A stretch of DNA of 64,000 nucleotides, taken from positions 544,001-608,000 of the forward strand of contig OZ253442.1 of the NCBI GenBank assembly GCA_965261085.1, in the 5' to 3' direction. Positions within the stretch are counted from its first letter, which is position 1. Every line of letters begins with the position of its first letter. Source of the DNA: a bacterium (lineage in GTDB: Bacteria > UBA8248). Both the position numbers and the translations under genes were made by a program. Shown here in pieces: positions 38,957 through 48,628 of this stretch. The notes under the pieces were generated by a model, which searched no databases, was not told the origin of the DNA, and saw only the letters and a list, made by a program, of their open reading frames with translations.

Positions 38957-40327
38957 CTATCCGGGCGTGTTCACTCGCTCGAGCAGGGCGGCCAACTCTT
39001 TGACCCGGATAGAATCGAGCCTCGATACGGCGTCCACGATCTCCGCCCGCAAGGAGGCGTCCGTGTGCGCTTCGCTCAGGGCCTCGAACTTCTCGTTCAC
39101 CGTCGTCCAGCTCATCGGGGTGGAGAAATGCCCCTCCCAGGTGGGCTTGTCCAGCTTGTGGACGGTGCCGTCTTTTAACGTGATGGTGATCAGCACGGGC
39201 GACTGCGCGGGGTACCTGGCCGTCATCTCATCGGAATTGGTGGTGCGCACTTTCTTTAAGAGCGTCTGCACGTCGTCCGCGCGGATTCTCTCTTCCTCGT
39301 ACTGGGCGGGCAGGACCTGCTCGTCGATGATGGCCGCCGAGAGCACGTAGGGCAGGCTGTGGTCCGCCGTCTCCTTGTTCAGCACGTGCTCGCGCGCGCC
39401 CGCCTTGCCCTCGCCCATGATGAAATAGGCGCGCTCATAGATTCCGATCTCGATGTCTTCGATGTCCTCAGGACTGAAGCCGTGTTCTCGCTTCATGTCG
39501 ATGACGCCCTCGATGGCCGTCTGGGAGTGAAGCCCCGCGTTGTAGCGCTTCACGCTGATCTCGAGCATCTTGCGAAGCCCTGTGTCCGACCAGTCGACCT
39601 CGAATTCTCCCGTCACGGACTCGAAAACGCCCAGGGGGCCCTCGATCAACCGGAGCGGCCCCGTCACACCGCGCATGGCCAGAAACGTCGAGTGCACCCC
39701 GCTGTGCCCGCCGGCCGCATAGGCGAAGCCCTTCCAGTGGGAGAGTTCGCCCGTGCGCGTGATGAGCAGTGGGTTCTGGCGCACGCCGCTGAGAGCGATG
39801 GCGTTGGCCGTCCTCTCGGCGTCCAGCCCTAGAGCGCGCGAGGCGCCCGCCGCCACGGCGTAGGCCCCCGCCATGGGCTGGTCGAACCCTCTTTTCTCAT
39901 AGGGCGCGCTGTCGCACAGGCGGCACTGCACCTCATACGCCAGGGCGAGGGCCGTCATGAACTCCGCTCCGCTCGCGTCCGCGTATTCGGCCGCCGCCAT
40001 CACGCTGCCCGCGTTGTCGCTCGGGTGCGAGGTGGCGAGCTTCCCCATGAAGCCGTCGTTGAAATCGAGATAGCGGATCAGCGAGGTGTTGTAGAACGCG
40101 GCGCTATCGGGCGCGCTCTTGCCGCCCCCGATGAGCGTGCAATGCGCCGCGCCGCCGAAATCATCCGCCTGCTCGCGCAGGTAGCGGACGGGGCCTTCGC
40201 CCAGCGAACCGATGGCGCAGCCGATGGTGTCGACCATGAGCATTTTTAGCTGCCCGCGCATCTCGTCCGAGAGATCATCGAAACTGCTGTTCGCGGCGAA
40301 CGCCGCAATCTGTTCCACAATCGTCAT
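38957..40327 (-). CDS. MmgE/PrpD family protein (2-methylcitrate dehydratase-like)
   Basis: DTIGCAIG, RYLDFND, HPSDN, RTGELSHWKG, KETADHSLPY. Confidence 0.9.
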   Translation of the reverse strand: MTIVEQIAAFAANSSFDDLSDEMRGQLKMLMVDTIGCAIGSLGEGPVRYLREQADDFGGAAHCTLIGGGKSAPDSAAFYNTSLIRYLDFNDGFMGKLATSHPSDNAGSVMAAAEYADASGAEFMTALALAYEVQCRLCDSAPYEKRGFDQPMAGAYAVAAGASRALGLDAERTANAIALSGVRQNPLLITRTGELSHWKGFAYAAGGHSGVHSTFLAMRGVTGPLRLIEGPLGVFESVTGEFEVDWSDTGLRKMLEISVKRYNAGLHSQTAIEGVIDMKREHGFSPEDIEDIEIGIYERAYFIMGEGKAGAREHVLNKETADHSLPYVLSAAIIDEQVLPAQYEEERIRADDVQTLLKKVRTTNSDEMTARYPAQSPVLITITLKDGTVHKLDKPTWEGHFSTPMSWTTVNEKFEALSEAHTDASLRAEIVDAVSRLDSIRVKELAALLERVNTPG

Positions 40328-40414
40328 TATCTTGCTCCTTCGTCGAACCGGATTGTAAGGGAATTCTCTCGCCTCGCCCGTTGCGCCGTCCCTTCGAAGG
40401 GAAACGAGCGCGGG

Positions 40415-41434
40415 CTAGCCGCCGTTCAGCTTTCTGTACGCTTTCTGCATGATGAGCGCGTCGTATTCGAGCGCCGGACTCTCGCACACCACCCGGCCTT
40501 CGGCGCCGAAATCGATGAGCGCGCGGAATAGGTCCTTGTAATTCATGTCCGACTCATCGAGTTCCAGATGATGCGCCTCGCCCTTGTCCGAAAACGCGAT
40601 GCCCGAGAGGTGGATGTGCAGGGTTTTGAGAACGTCATCGCCCATCCTGTTCTTCAGCAGTTCGAGCTGGGCGCCGAACTCATCGTAGGTGTTGTGCGCC
40701 CCCGCCGAGCGCGCGTGAATGTGCGAAAAATCTATCGTGAAGCCGACGTTCTTGCCCCTGAGCGCGCCGCCCATGTCGGCTATCTCCTCGAGCGAGCCGA
40801 ACTGCGTGCCCTTGCCCGTCGTCTCGGGATCCAGGCGAACCGCACAGCCCTCCTCATCCAGGATGTCGGCGAGCTCTCCTATCTGGCTGCAGATGAAGTC
40901 GTAGACCTCTTTCGGGTCTCGTTTCTGGTAAAACCCGGGGTGGAAACACGCCCCGTCGCCGCCGCACTTCGCCAGGGCGCGCGCGGTGTCCAGCACGCGC
41001 TTACGGCTCGCCGCCACCTTTTCTTCTTCCAGCGAATAGAGGTTCACGTAATAGGGCCCGTGCGCGGTGATGTGAACGCCCGTCTCCGCCTGGGCGGCCC
41101 TCACCTCCTCGCACGTCTCCTCCCTGATGCGCACGCCGTGGACGAACTCCATCTCGTAGACGCCAAGGCCCAGCTCGTGCAGCCTGCGCACCGCCGCCGG
41201 GTGGGTCTGCGGCTTGGCCGAATGCGGAACCCCGCCCGTGCCGAAAAATATCCGGTCCGCCCGCTTGGGTTTCGCGTTCACGCTCAAGAGGCCGTCATAG
41301 GTTCTGCCTTTTGGTTTTTCCTTGGGAACCCCCGGGGCCCAGCCGCGAACGTCCGCTTTAGGCTTCGCCGCTTTTTTGGGGGCCGGTTTCTTTTTGGCCG
41401 CGGCTTTCGGGGCCGCCTCTTTCTTTTCCGGCAC
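40415..41434 (-). CDS. nfo: Endonuclease IV-like (AP endonuclease 2 TIM barrel) with Lys/Ala/Pro-rich N-terminus
   Basis: FGTGG.P, EMEFVHGV, TAHGPYYVNL, FHPGFY, PETTGK..QFGSLEE, IDFSHIHAR, HIHLSGI, CESP. Confidence 0.8.
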   Translation of the reverse strand: MPEKKEAAPKAAAKKKPAPKKAAKPKADVRGWAPGVPKEKPKGRTYDGLLSVNAKPKRADRIFFGTGGVPHSAKPQTHPAAVRRLHELGLGVYEMEFVHGVRIREETCEEVRAAQAETGVHITAHGPYYVNLYSLEEEKVAASRKRVLDTARALAKCGGDGACFHPGFYQKRDPKEVYDFICSQIGELADILDEEGCAVRLDPETTGKGTQFGSLEEIADMGGALRGKNVGFTIDFSHIHARSAGAHNTYDEFGAQLELLKNRMGDDVLKTLHIHLSGIAFSDKGEAHHLELDESDMNYKDLFRALIDFGAEGRVVCESPALEYDALIMQKAYRKLNGG

Positions 41435-41556
41435 GTTCGTCCTCAGAAGATGTATCGCGCAAATGCGCTGTTTTTTTGTCGGAACGCTCTTTCAGGCGGT
41501 CGATGGCCCACTCTAGCAGATATGCGCGCATGCTGCGAGAAACCTCCCTTGAGAAT

Positions 41557-42183
41557 TCAGGCCGCGGGCGCATTCCGGGGCGGTTCGTTCAGCCACTCGC
41601 CCATCTGGGCGAGAATCTCCCGTTTGCCCAACCCCGTGTTCGCGCTGCAAAGGATCGGGCCGGACCAGCGGCCGTACAGCCCGCCTCCGTCCACCATGGT
41701 TTTCACGAGCGCGTCCATAACGCCGCGCCGCTCGTTTTGTTTCAGTTTATCCGCCTTGGTGAGCGCCAGACAGGCAGGCAGGTTCACCGCCGCGAGCCAT
41801 TCGAGCAGGTGCAAGTCCATCTCCCGCGCTCCCCGGCGCGAATCGATGAGCACCACCACGCCCTGGAGCGTTTCCCGCTCTTGGAGATACGTCTCGATCA
41901 TGGGCCGCCAGCGGGCCCTTTCTGCAAGCGGCACCTTCGCGTAGCCGTAGCCCGGCAAATCCACGAGGTTGAAGCGCTCATCCACATTGAAGAAATTGAC
42001 GAGCTGCGTCTTGCCCGGCGTCTCGCTGGTCTTGGCCAGATTCTTGCGGTTGGTCAGGAAATTGATGAGCGAGGATTTGCCGACGTTGCTCCTGCCCGCA
42101 AAGGCGACCTCGGGAAGCTCCGCTCTCGGCCAGCCTCCACGATCGGCCGCGCTTTTGATGAACCGGGCGTTTAGGATTCTCAT
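41557..42183 (-). CDS. engB: Ribosome biogenesis GTP-binding protein YihA/YsxC
   Basis: GRSNVGKSS, TPGKT, DLPGYG, TKADK; ATG at 42183. Confidence 0.95.
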   Translation of the reverse strand: MRILNARFIKSAADRGGWPRAELPEVAFAGRSNVGKSSLINFLTNRKNLAKTSETPGKTQLVNFFNVDERFNLVDLPGYGYAKVPLAERARWRPMIETYLQERETLQGVVVLIDSRRGAREMDLHLLEWLAAVNLPACLALTKADKLKQNERRGVMDALVKTMVDGGGLYGRWSGPILCSANTGLGKREILAQMGEWLNEPPRNAPAA

Positions 42184-42193
42184 GGCCGGGGCG

Positions 42194-43507
42194 TCAGGAC
42201 GAATCCCCTGCCGGGGGAGCGAATGCGTGAACCACGAGACCCGTGCGCACCTTGGGGTAGAAATAGGTGGACTTGTGCGGCATCTTTCCGCCCGCCTTGG
42301 CGATCTCGCACACCGACTCAAGGGGCGTGGGATTCAGCAAAACGGCCACCGCGCACTCCCCGCTCCGGGCGCAGGAGAGCGCCATTTCCGGATCAGGCGT
42401 GAAGGCGATGTCTCCTTCCTCGTGAGAGGCCTGGAACGCGCCGTCCACGATGTCCGCATGGAGGCGGCTCACATCGAGTGCGGCGACGGCTTCTTCCACG
42501 GAGGCGGCATCGGCATTATGCCTGCCGATGAGATAGCGGACGTTCGCGCCGCCATCGTAGAGACAAAACACGCTGGCTCCGCTGTTTTCTTCGGACAAGG
42601 CGGCCAGACGCTCCGCCACCCGACTACCGGCGCCCGCCTCGGGCGCCGCCTCTTCCAGGATATCGTATTTCCCGGCCAGCGCGGCGAGAGCCTCTTCGGT
42701 CGTGGCGAATATCTTCTTGAGCAGCCTGTAGGTGGGGAGAATCACCATACCCGGGTCCGCGATGTTGGCCAGGCACATGAGCGTATAATCCGCCTCGCTT
42801 CCCTCGGGAGCACCCTCCGCGCGGGCGGCGTCCCTCAAGTCCAGGGACGTCTCATAACGGTGGTGGCCGTCGGCGATGAACGCCTCCCTGTCCCTGAGCG
42901 ATTCCTGCGCGATTGCGATGACGTCCGGGTCGTCGCACCGCCACAGGGTATGGCGCACGCCGGCGTCCTCGAAATCGGCGATGGGCGCGCCTTTATCCGC
43001 GCTCTTGAGCGCGTGGTTCGCCGTTTCCCGGGGGTCGTCGTAAAAGCTGAAGATAGGCCCCAGATGCGCGCCGCTCCTCCCCCACAGGTCGAACAGGTAG
43101 CCCTTGGGCTTGGGGAAAGTCTGCTCATGGGGATGGATTTCGCCCGCGCCGTAGGGTTCGAGCTTCACCGCCGCGAAAAAAGCATTTCTCTCGAGATTCG
43201 TTCCATCGGGAAGCGCGAAGCCCTGGCGGTAGGGATAGAGCGCAGGCGTATCGTCCAGAGCCATCTCCCCGCTCGCGCGCCAGTTTTTCAGATATTCGAC
43301 AGCGCGCCCCACGCGGCCCGCGTCTCCATCCTCACCCTCTAGAATTTCGCCCTGAATCAGCCGCACGATGTTCAGGGGGTGACGCTCATAAAATGAACGC
43401 CTGATCTCGGACGTAAAAACGTCATACGGCGGGGAGGAGACCTCTCCCATTTCATCTGGTGCGATATTCGAATACCTCAGCGCGCGGAACGCCCGGACCT
43501 GAACCAC
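42194..43507 (-). CDS. DUF1015 family protein
   Basis: SPPYDV, HPHEQT, IADGHHRYET, KMPHKSTYFYPK; GTG start with GGGAGG RBS. Confidence 0.88.
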   Translation of the reverse strand: MVQVRAFRALRYSNIAPDEMGEVSSPPYDVFTSEIRRSFYERHPLNIVRLIQGEILEGEDGDAGRVGRAVEYLKNWRASGEMALDDTPALYPYRQGFALPDGTNLERNAFFAAVKLEPYGAGEIHPHEQTFPKPKGYLFDLWGRSGAHLGPIFSFYDDPRETANHALKSADKGAPIADFEDAGVRHTLWRCDDPDVIAIAQESLRDREAFIADGHHRYETSLDLRDAARAEGAPEGSEADYTLMCLANIADPGMVILPTYRLLKKIFATTEEALAALAGKYDILEEAAPEAGAGSRVAERLAALSEENSGASVFCLYDGGANVRYLIGRHNADAASVEEAVAALDVSRLHADIVDGAFQASHEEGDIAFTPDPEMALSCARSGECAVAVLLNPTPLESVCEIAKAGGKMPHKSTYFYPKVRTGLVVHAFAPPAGDSS

Positions 43508-43741
43508 GAAAAACCTCCCTTTCGAGTAAGCGATGAATCCAGCGGCGAGGGGGATATTAAGGTCGCCCGAGTGGGCTGTCAAAACACGATCGGGCAGATG
43601 CGCTGGATTTGAAGACCTCTCTCCCGTTCCGGCTCTTCGGGCGAGCGAGTTGACCCCGGCGGGCGGGTGCTCTAGTTTCCTCAGCATTATCCACGGGGCC
43701 GGATGGGCCGGGATTTGAAGTCGTGAACGAGGGAAATGCGA

Positions 43742-44692
43742 ATGGAAACGAAATTCGGCATCAGCTTCGGCATGCACCCCGATCGTATCTATACGCCTGC
43801 TGAAATGTATGCGTTCGCAGAATCCGCCGAAGCCCTGGGCTATGACTCCATGTGGATTGGCGATCACGTCTCCTTTCACGGCCACTACACAGAGAGCCTC
43901 ACCACGCTGGCCGCCTTCGCGGCCCGCACCAGCCGCATCACCTTGGGCGTGGGCGTCTATCTCCTGCCGCTCAGAAGACCCGCCATCGCCGCCAAGACCG
44001 CGGCCACGGTGGACTACCTGACGGGCGGGGGGCGCTTCGTCTTCGGCGTCGGCGTAGGGGGCGAGGGAAAAACCGAGTTCGAGCTTTGCGGCGTGCCCGT
44101 CAAAGAACGCGGCGCGAGGACGGATGAGTCAATCGAAATCGTGCGAAAACTCTGGAGCGGCGAGAAGGTAAGCCACCAAGGGCGCTTCTGGCGCTTTACC
44201 GACGCGCGCCAGACGCCTGCCCCGGCCACGCCCGGCGGCCCGCCCATCTGGGTGGGCGGACGCAGCGACGCCGCCCGCAGAAGAGCGGCGCTCACATGCC
44301 AAGGCTACGTCTCTTATATGTTCTCGGCGCCTCGCTTCGCCAAAGGCCTTGAGGACATGAGGCGCTGGGCGGAGGAAGCGGGGAGGCCTCTCGACATCGA
44401 AGGGGGCGCGTGGACGCCGGCGCACCATGCGTTCATTTACGTTCACGAGGACCCCGAACACGCCTTGCGCTGCGGCATCGAGAATCTCTCCAGACGCTAC
44501 AACATGGATTTTGACGGCATTGCCCAAAAGTATTTATTCTATGGGCCGCGCGAGCGCTGTCTGGAGCAGATAGCGGAGTTCCAGGAGGCGGGCGCGGCGC
44601 ACTTCATCTTCAAGCACGCGGGTCCTGCGGATGAGGAGATGGATCAGATGGCGCTGCTCGCGGAAGAGGTGATCCCGGAGGTGAGAAATTGA
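43742..44692 (+). CDS. LLM-class flavin/F420-dependent oxidoreductase
   Basis: AEALGYDSMWIGDH, AARTSRITLG, GPPIWVGGRS. Confidence 0.88.
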   Translation: METKFGISFGMHPDRIYTPAEMYAFAESAEALGYDSMWIGDHVSFHGHYTESLTTLAAFAARTSRITLGVGVYLLPLRRPAIAAKTAATVDYLTGGGRFVFGVGVGGEGKTEFELCGVPVKERGARTDESIEIVRKLWSGEKVSHQGRFWRFTDARQTPAPATPGGPPIWVGGRSDAARRRAALTCQGYVSYMFSAPRFAKGLEDMRRWAEEAGRPLDIEGGAWTPAHHAFIYVHEDPEHALRCGIENLSRRYNMDFDGIAQKYLFYGPRERCLEQIAEFQEAGAAHFIFKHAGPADEEMDQMALLAEEVIPEVRN

Positions 44693-45051
44693 GCGAGGTG
44701 AAAAAAGGAGGCCTCAAATGGCCCGTTTGCACCGTCCTGATACTCGCGCTCGTGGGCGGGATGATCTACTGGGGCTATACCGCATTCGAAGCAGAACAGG
44801 CCATGACCCAGGCGAGGGTGTCCGCACCCGCCCAAACGACGGGGGGAGCGGCATCAGTCGCGGCGCCTATCGCCTACCGCTCCGCATTGCCCCTCTATTT
44901 TCTAGTGGGTTTCGCCCTCGTCATGACGGCGATTCTGGGCAGCATCATCTACTTCTGGTGGTCGCTCAAGGATTTGGAAGGCGGCAGACGCTACGGCGAG
45001 GAGGAAGCGGAAGCCCCGACCCCTAACTCGGATAAAGTCCCCGCTCCGTAA
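44689..45051 (+). CDS. Hypothetical two-TM membrane protein
   Basis: Overlaps the upstream stop; two hydrophobic segments. Confidence 0.55.
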   Translation: MSEVKKGGLKWPVCTVLILALVGGMIYWGYTAFEAEQAMTQARVSAPAQTTGGAASVAAPIAYRSALPLYFLVGFALVMTAILGSIIYFWWSLKDLEGGRRYGEEEAEAPTPNSDKVPAP

Positions 45052-45064
45052 GTTTTTTTAAGTT

Positions 45065-46180
45065 CTACGCCTGCTCGATGGCGGAGAGGAACCACCCGTT
45101 CGGCCCCTCGGGCCGCACCCACGTCCAGTATTCCGAGAAATTCACCCGCTCCGTGCGACTGCCCTCGACGATATCCCCACTTCTCTCGTCCACCACGTAA
45201 TCGCAAAGGCTCGCCTCGTAACGCACGTTGATGAAATCGTAACCCTCTTCGTTCCAGACCTCGACGATCTCCGCCCCTTTGATATCCACGTCATCGAGTT
45301 TGTTGATCTTGCCTTCACTCTTAAGCCCCTCGATGTCGCGCTCGACCTCGGTGTAGATCTCCTTGTCCATGAGGTCGCGAACGGAGGTGAGGTCGCGCGC
45401 CGTCCAGGCGTTCTGGAAGCGGATGAAATTTTCCTTCACCAGACCCAGGAAGGCTTGTTCCGAAAAAGAAGTGTCACCCTCGGCCATCTGCCGCAGCGCC
45501 GCATCGCTCGCGGAATCACGGCGCGGGCCGCCGCCCGATCCTCGGGCCGAACGAGTCGAACCGCCGGCCGTGCCGATGTCCGAGCCGCGGTACACACCCC
45601 CCGATCTCTCGTATCTACCGGGCGCTTCATCCCTCTCGCGAGGTTCTTCTTCATGCCCGCCCACACCGTAGGGGTCCGCCTCGGCGTAGCGGTTTCCCGA
45701 ATAGCGCGGCTCGCTGGAAGCGGCGGCGGTGCGGTTGCGGATCATCCGGAAGATGAAGAAGATGATTCCGCCGATCAGGAGAATTTCCAGAATCCCGAAA
45801 CCACCGCCCGTCCCCATGCCGCCCATACCGCCGAACATCATGCGGCCGAGCATGCCGCCCAGCAGAAACCCGCCGATGCCCGCGAACAGGCCTGTGCCTA
45901 AGCCGCCGCCCAGGAACGAGCGCCTCTGGAACGGTCTGCGTGAGGAGCTGCGCGCGCGGGAGCGCGAGCCGAAGTTCGATCGCCTCGAGAAACCCCTGCG
46001 CCCGAAACTGCCGAACCCGCGCGAGCCCCTGAACCCGAAGGAGCGGAACCCGCCGAAGCGCCTCGCCTCGGCATCTTGGGTCACCAGAACCAGACCATCC
46101 GGGGTGCGGGCGGGCGCGCCCAGGTGCGCGGGGGCCAGAAACAACAACGCGAACAACAAAGCGATGAGAAAAGACTTCAT
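45065..46180 (-). CDS. Tim44/TimA domain-containing protein
   Basis: Signal peptide, RG/RS-rich and Gly-rich TM region, C-terminal F..FQNAW..RDL, F.EYWTW.R, WFLSAIEQ. Confidence 0.85.
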   Translation of the reverse strand: MKSFLIALLFALLFLAPAHLGAPARTPDGLVLVTQDAEARRFGGFRSFGFRGSRGFGSFGRRGFSRRSNFGSRSRARSSSRRPFQRRSFLGGGLGTGLFAGIGGFLLGGMLGRMMFGGMGGMGTGGGFGILEILLIGGIIFFIFRMIRNRTAAASSEPRYSGNRYAEADPYGVGGHEEEPRERDEAPGRYERSGGVYRGSDIGTAGGSTRSARGSGGGPRRDSASDAALRQMAEGDTSFSEQAFLGLVKENFIRFQNAWTARDLTSVRDLMDKEIYTEVERDIEGLKSEGKINKLDDVDIKGAEIVEVWNEEGYDFINVRYEASLCDYVVDERSGDIVEGSRTERVNFSEYWTWVRPEGPNGWFLSAIEQA

Positions 46181-46425
46181 GGAAAACCTCCGAAAGCGGC
46201 CAGGCCCGAAGAGAAAAAGGGCCATTCCAGGAACGTGGATTATCCCAAGATTGGACGCCTGAGTCCATTGCGAAAAGCGCGTGGGCTTCGGTGAGAAGAA
46301 TCCGCCCGAATCGTTGATGGCGCATCCGCCCTCTGCTACCATCGGGGCGTCCCGCGAAACGTATTTCTTGAATCCCCAGGGGGCCATAGAGCGTCCGGTC
46401 CCGAAAACGAGGAAGCGCCGATTCC

Positions 46426-47625
46426 ATGAACGAACACAAAAAAATGCCGCTCGAAGGCGTGCGGGTCATCGACATCGGAACCCTGTTCGCAGGCCCCTGG
46501 ATAGCCACCTACATGGCGGATTTTGGAGCGGATGTCATCAAGGTCGAACACCCGCGCGGCGATTCGTTGAGAAACTTCGCCTCCCAAAAAGACGGCGTCT
46601 CGCTGTGGTGGAAGCTGGCGAGCCGCAACAAGAAATCCATCACCTGCAACATCTCCTCGCCCGAGGGGCAGGAGATCGTCCGCAAGCTGTGTGAGAACGC
46701 CGACGTGCTGGTGGAGAACTTCCGCCCCGGCACGATGGAGAGATGGGGTTTTTCCTGGGAGAGCCTCCACGCCTTGAACCCCAAGCTCATCCTCGCGCGA
46801 ACGAGCGGTTTCGGGCAAAAAGGTCCTTATGCGCAAAGACCCGGCTTCGGCACGCTGGCCGAGGCGATGAGCGGGTTTGCGCACATCACGGGCTTTCCCG
46901 ACGGTCCGCCCACGCTGCCGCCCTTCGCCCTGGCGGACGGCATCAGCGCGCTGTGCGGCACCTACGCCGTGATGATGGCGCTCTACCACCGAGACGTCCA
47001 CGACGCGCCCGGCCAGGAGATAGACATCGCCATCTATGAACCCATCACCACGGTGCTGGGACCCCAGCCGCTCGAATACGACCAACTCGGCTACGTCCAG
47101 ATGCGCACGGGAAACGCCATTCCCTTCGCCGCGCCCAGAAACGCCTACCGCTGCAAGGACGGGCGCTACGTCGTGATATCCGCGAGTTCGGAGAACATCT
47201 TCAAGCGCGTCATGCGCGCGGTGGGGCGTGAGGACTTAGGTGACGACCCCAGGATGATCACCCAGGCGGGCCGGGTCGAAAACATGGCCGAACTCGACGG
47301 CGCCATCCAGGCCTGGATAGGCGAGCATACGCTCGATGAGACGATTGATTATTTTGAAAAACACGAATGCGCCCTGGGGCCCATTTACGACGTGGCCCAG
47401 TTCATGGCGGACCCCCACGTGCAGGCGCGAGAGACCATCACCACCGTGGAGGATGAGGAACTCGGCCCCATCAAGATGCAAAACGTGATCCCGAGGCTGA
47501 ACGGCTCGCCGGGCGCCATTCGCTGGGCGGGGCCTCCCATGGGCAAGCACACCGACGAGGTTTTGGAAGAAATCGGTTACGACGCTTCGGCCATATCCAG
47601 CTTAAGAGACAAGGGCGTCATCTAG
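46426..47625 (+). CDS. CaiB/BaiF family III CoA-transferase
   Basis: PLEGVRVID, AGP, GADVIKVE, RNKKS, VENFRPG, SGFGQ.GP. Confidence 0.92.
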   Translation: MNEHKKMPLEGVRVIDIGTLFAGPWIATYMADFGADVIKVEHPRGDSLRNFASQKDGVSLWWKLASRNKKSITCNISSPEGQEIVRKLCENADVLVENFRPGTMERWGFSWESLHALNPKLILARTSGFGQKGPYAQRPGFGTLAEAMSGFAHITGFPDGPPTLPPFALADGISALCGTYAVMMALYHRDVHDAPGQEIDIAIYEPITTVLGPQPLEYDQLGYVQMRTGNAIPFAAPRNAYRCKDGRYVVISASSENIFKRVMRAVGREDLGDDPRMITQAGRVENMAELDGAIQAWIGEHTLDETIDYFEKHECALGPIYDVAQFMADPHVQARETITTVEDEELGPIKMQNVIPRLNGSPGAIRWAGPPMGKHTDEVLEEIGYDASAISSLRDKGVI

Positions 47626-47633
47626 CCCCCGCG

Positions 47634-48536
47634 ATGAGAGAACCTCCCGAGCACTGTGTTTTCGTCTTTCACAAGAACTATTACGCCGACATCGGCGCAC
47701 ATGTCTTACAAGCCGAAAAATACCAGAAGACCCACGCCAGACTGAGAGAAGCCGGGATGCCCGATGCCGCTTTTATCGAGCCGCACATGGCGGCGGAAGA
47801 AGAACTCGCCCTCGTCCACACCCCCGAATATCTGGCGGATTTGCGCTCTGGCCGTCACACCGAGCGCACGATGCCGAGCGAGCTTCCCATCAGCAAGGAG
47901 ATCGTGGACGCGGGCTTTCTGGCGGCCGGCGGCACCATCCTCGCCGCGCGCGAAGCGCTCAAAAGAGGCCGCGCCTTGAACCTCACCGGGGGGTTCCACC
48001 ACGCCTTCGCCGATCAGGCCGAGGGTTTTTGCTACGTGAACGATCTGGCGGTAGCCGTGCGCGTTCTTCAAAAAGAGGGCGCCATCAAAAAAGCCGCCGT
48101 GGTCGACTGCGACTTGCACCAGGGAAACGGCACCGCCGTTATCTTCAGGCGCGATGAGAGCGTGTTCACGTTCTCCATCCATCAGGAGAACATCTATCCG
48201 CGCAAGAAAAGGAGCGACATCGACGTCGGCTTGTATGATCTCGCCACCGAAGATGAATACCTGCCGCATCTGGAAAAACACATCCCGAAGATACTCGATG
48301 AACACAAACCAGACCTCGTGATGTATCAGGCGGGAGCGGACCCTTATGCGGGGGATCAGCTCGGAACGCTCAAGCTCTCGAAAGAAGGTCTCAAGCGGCG
48401 AGATGCGTATGTTCTCGGAGAATGCCGCTCACGGGGGATTCCCGTAGCGGGCACTCTGGGCGGGGGCTACGCCCTGAATCCTGCGGACACGGTGGAGGTC
48501 CACTTTCAGACGGCGATATGTTTTTGGGATGTTTGA
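47634..48536 (+). CDS. Histone deacetylase family protein
   Basis: GGFHHA, GFC..ND, DCDLHQGNGT, AGAD...D.LG, GGGY. Confidence 0.92.
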   Translation: MREPPEHCVFVFHKNYYADIGAHVLQAEKYQKTHARLREAGMPDAAFIEPHMAAEEELALVHTPEYLADLRSGRHTERTMPSELPISKEIVDAGFLAAGGTILAAREALKRGRALNLTGGFHHAFADQAEGFCYVNDLAVAVRVLQKEGAIKKAAVVDCDLHQGNGTAVIFRRDESVFTFSIHQENIYPRKKRSDIDVGLYDLATEDEYLPHLEKHIPKILDEHKPDLVMYQAGADPYAGDQLGTLKLSKEGLKRRDAYVLGECRSRGIPVAGTLGGGYALNPADTVEVHFQTAICFWDV

Positions 48537-48628
48537 GTTTCAGCTTCGCCGAAGCGCGGGCGGTGTGTATACTCTCCCGGTTTTCCGGGATTGGTTCTTC
48601 GTCATGATTCATCAGAGCAAGGAAGCGT

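Noticed and set aside
43508-43885. N-terminal extension of the DUF1015 ORF (similarly for engB, hscA, Tim44 and the crotonase)
   Set aside because: These overlap neighbouring genes; internal starts with good RBSs match the family lengths.
45840-46070. Repetitive GGF/RG-rich stretch that looks like a tandem repeat or CRISPR
   Set aside because: Low-complexity coding region of the Tim44-domain protein; no constant repeat-spacer periodicity.
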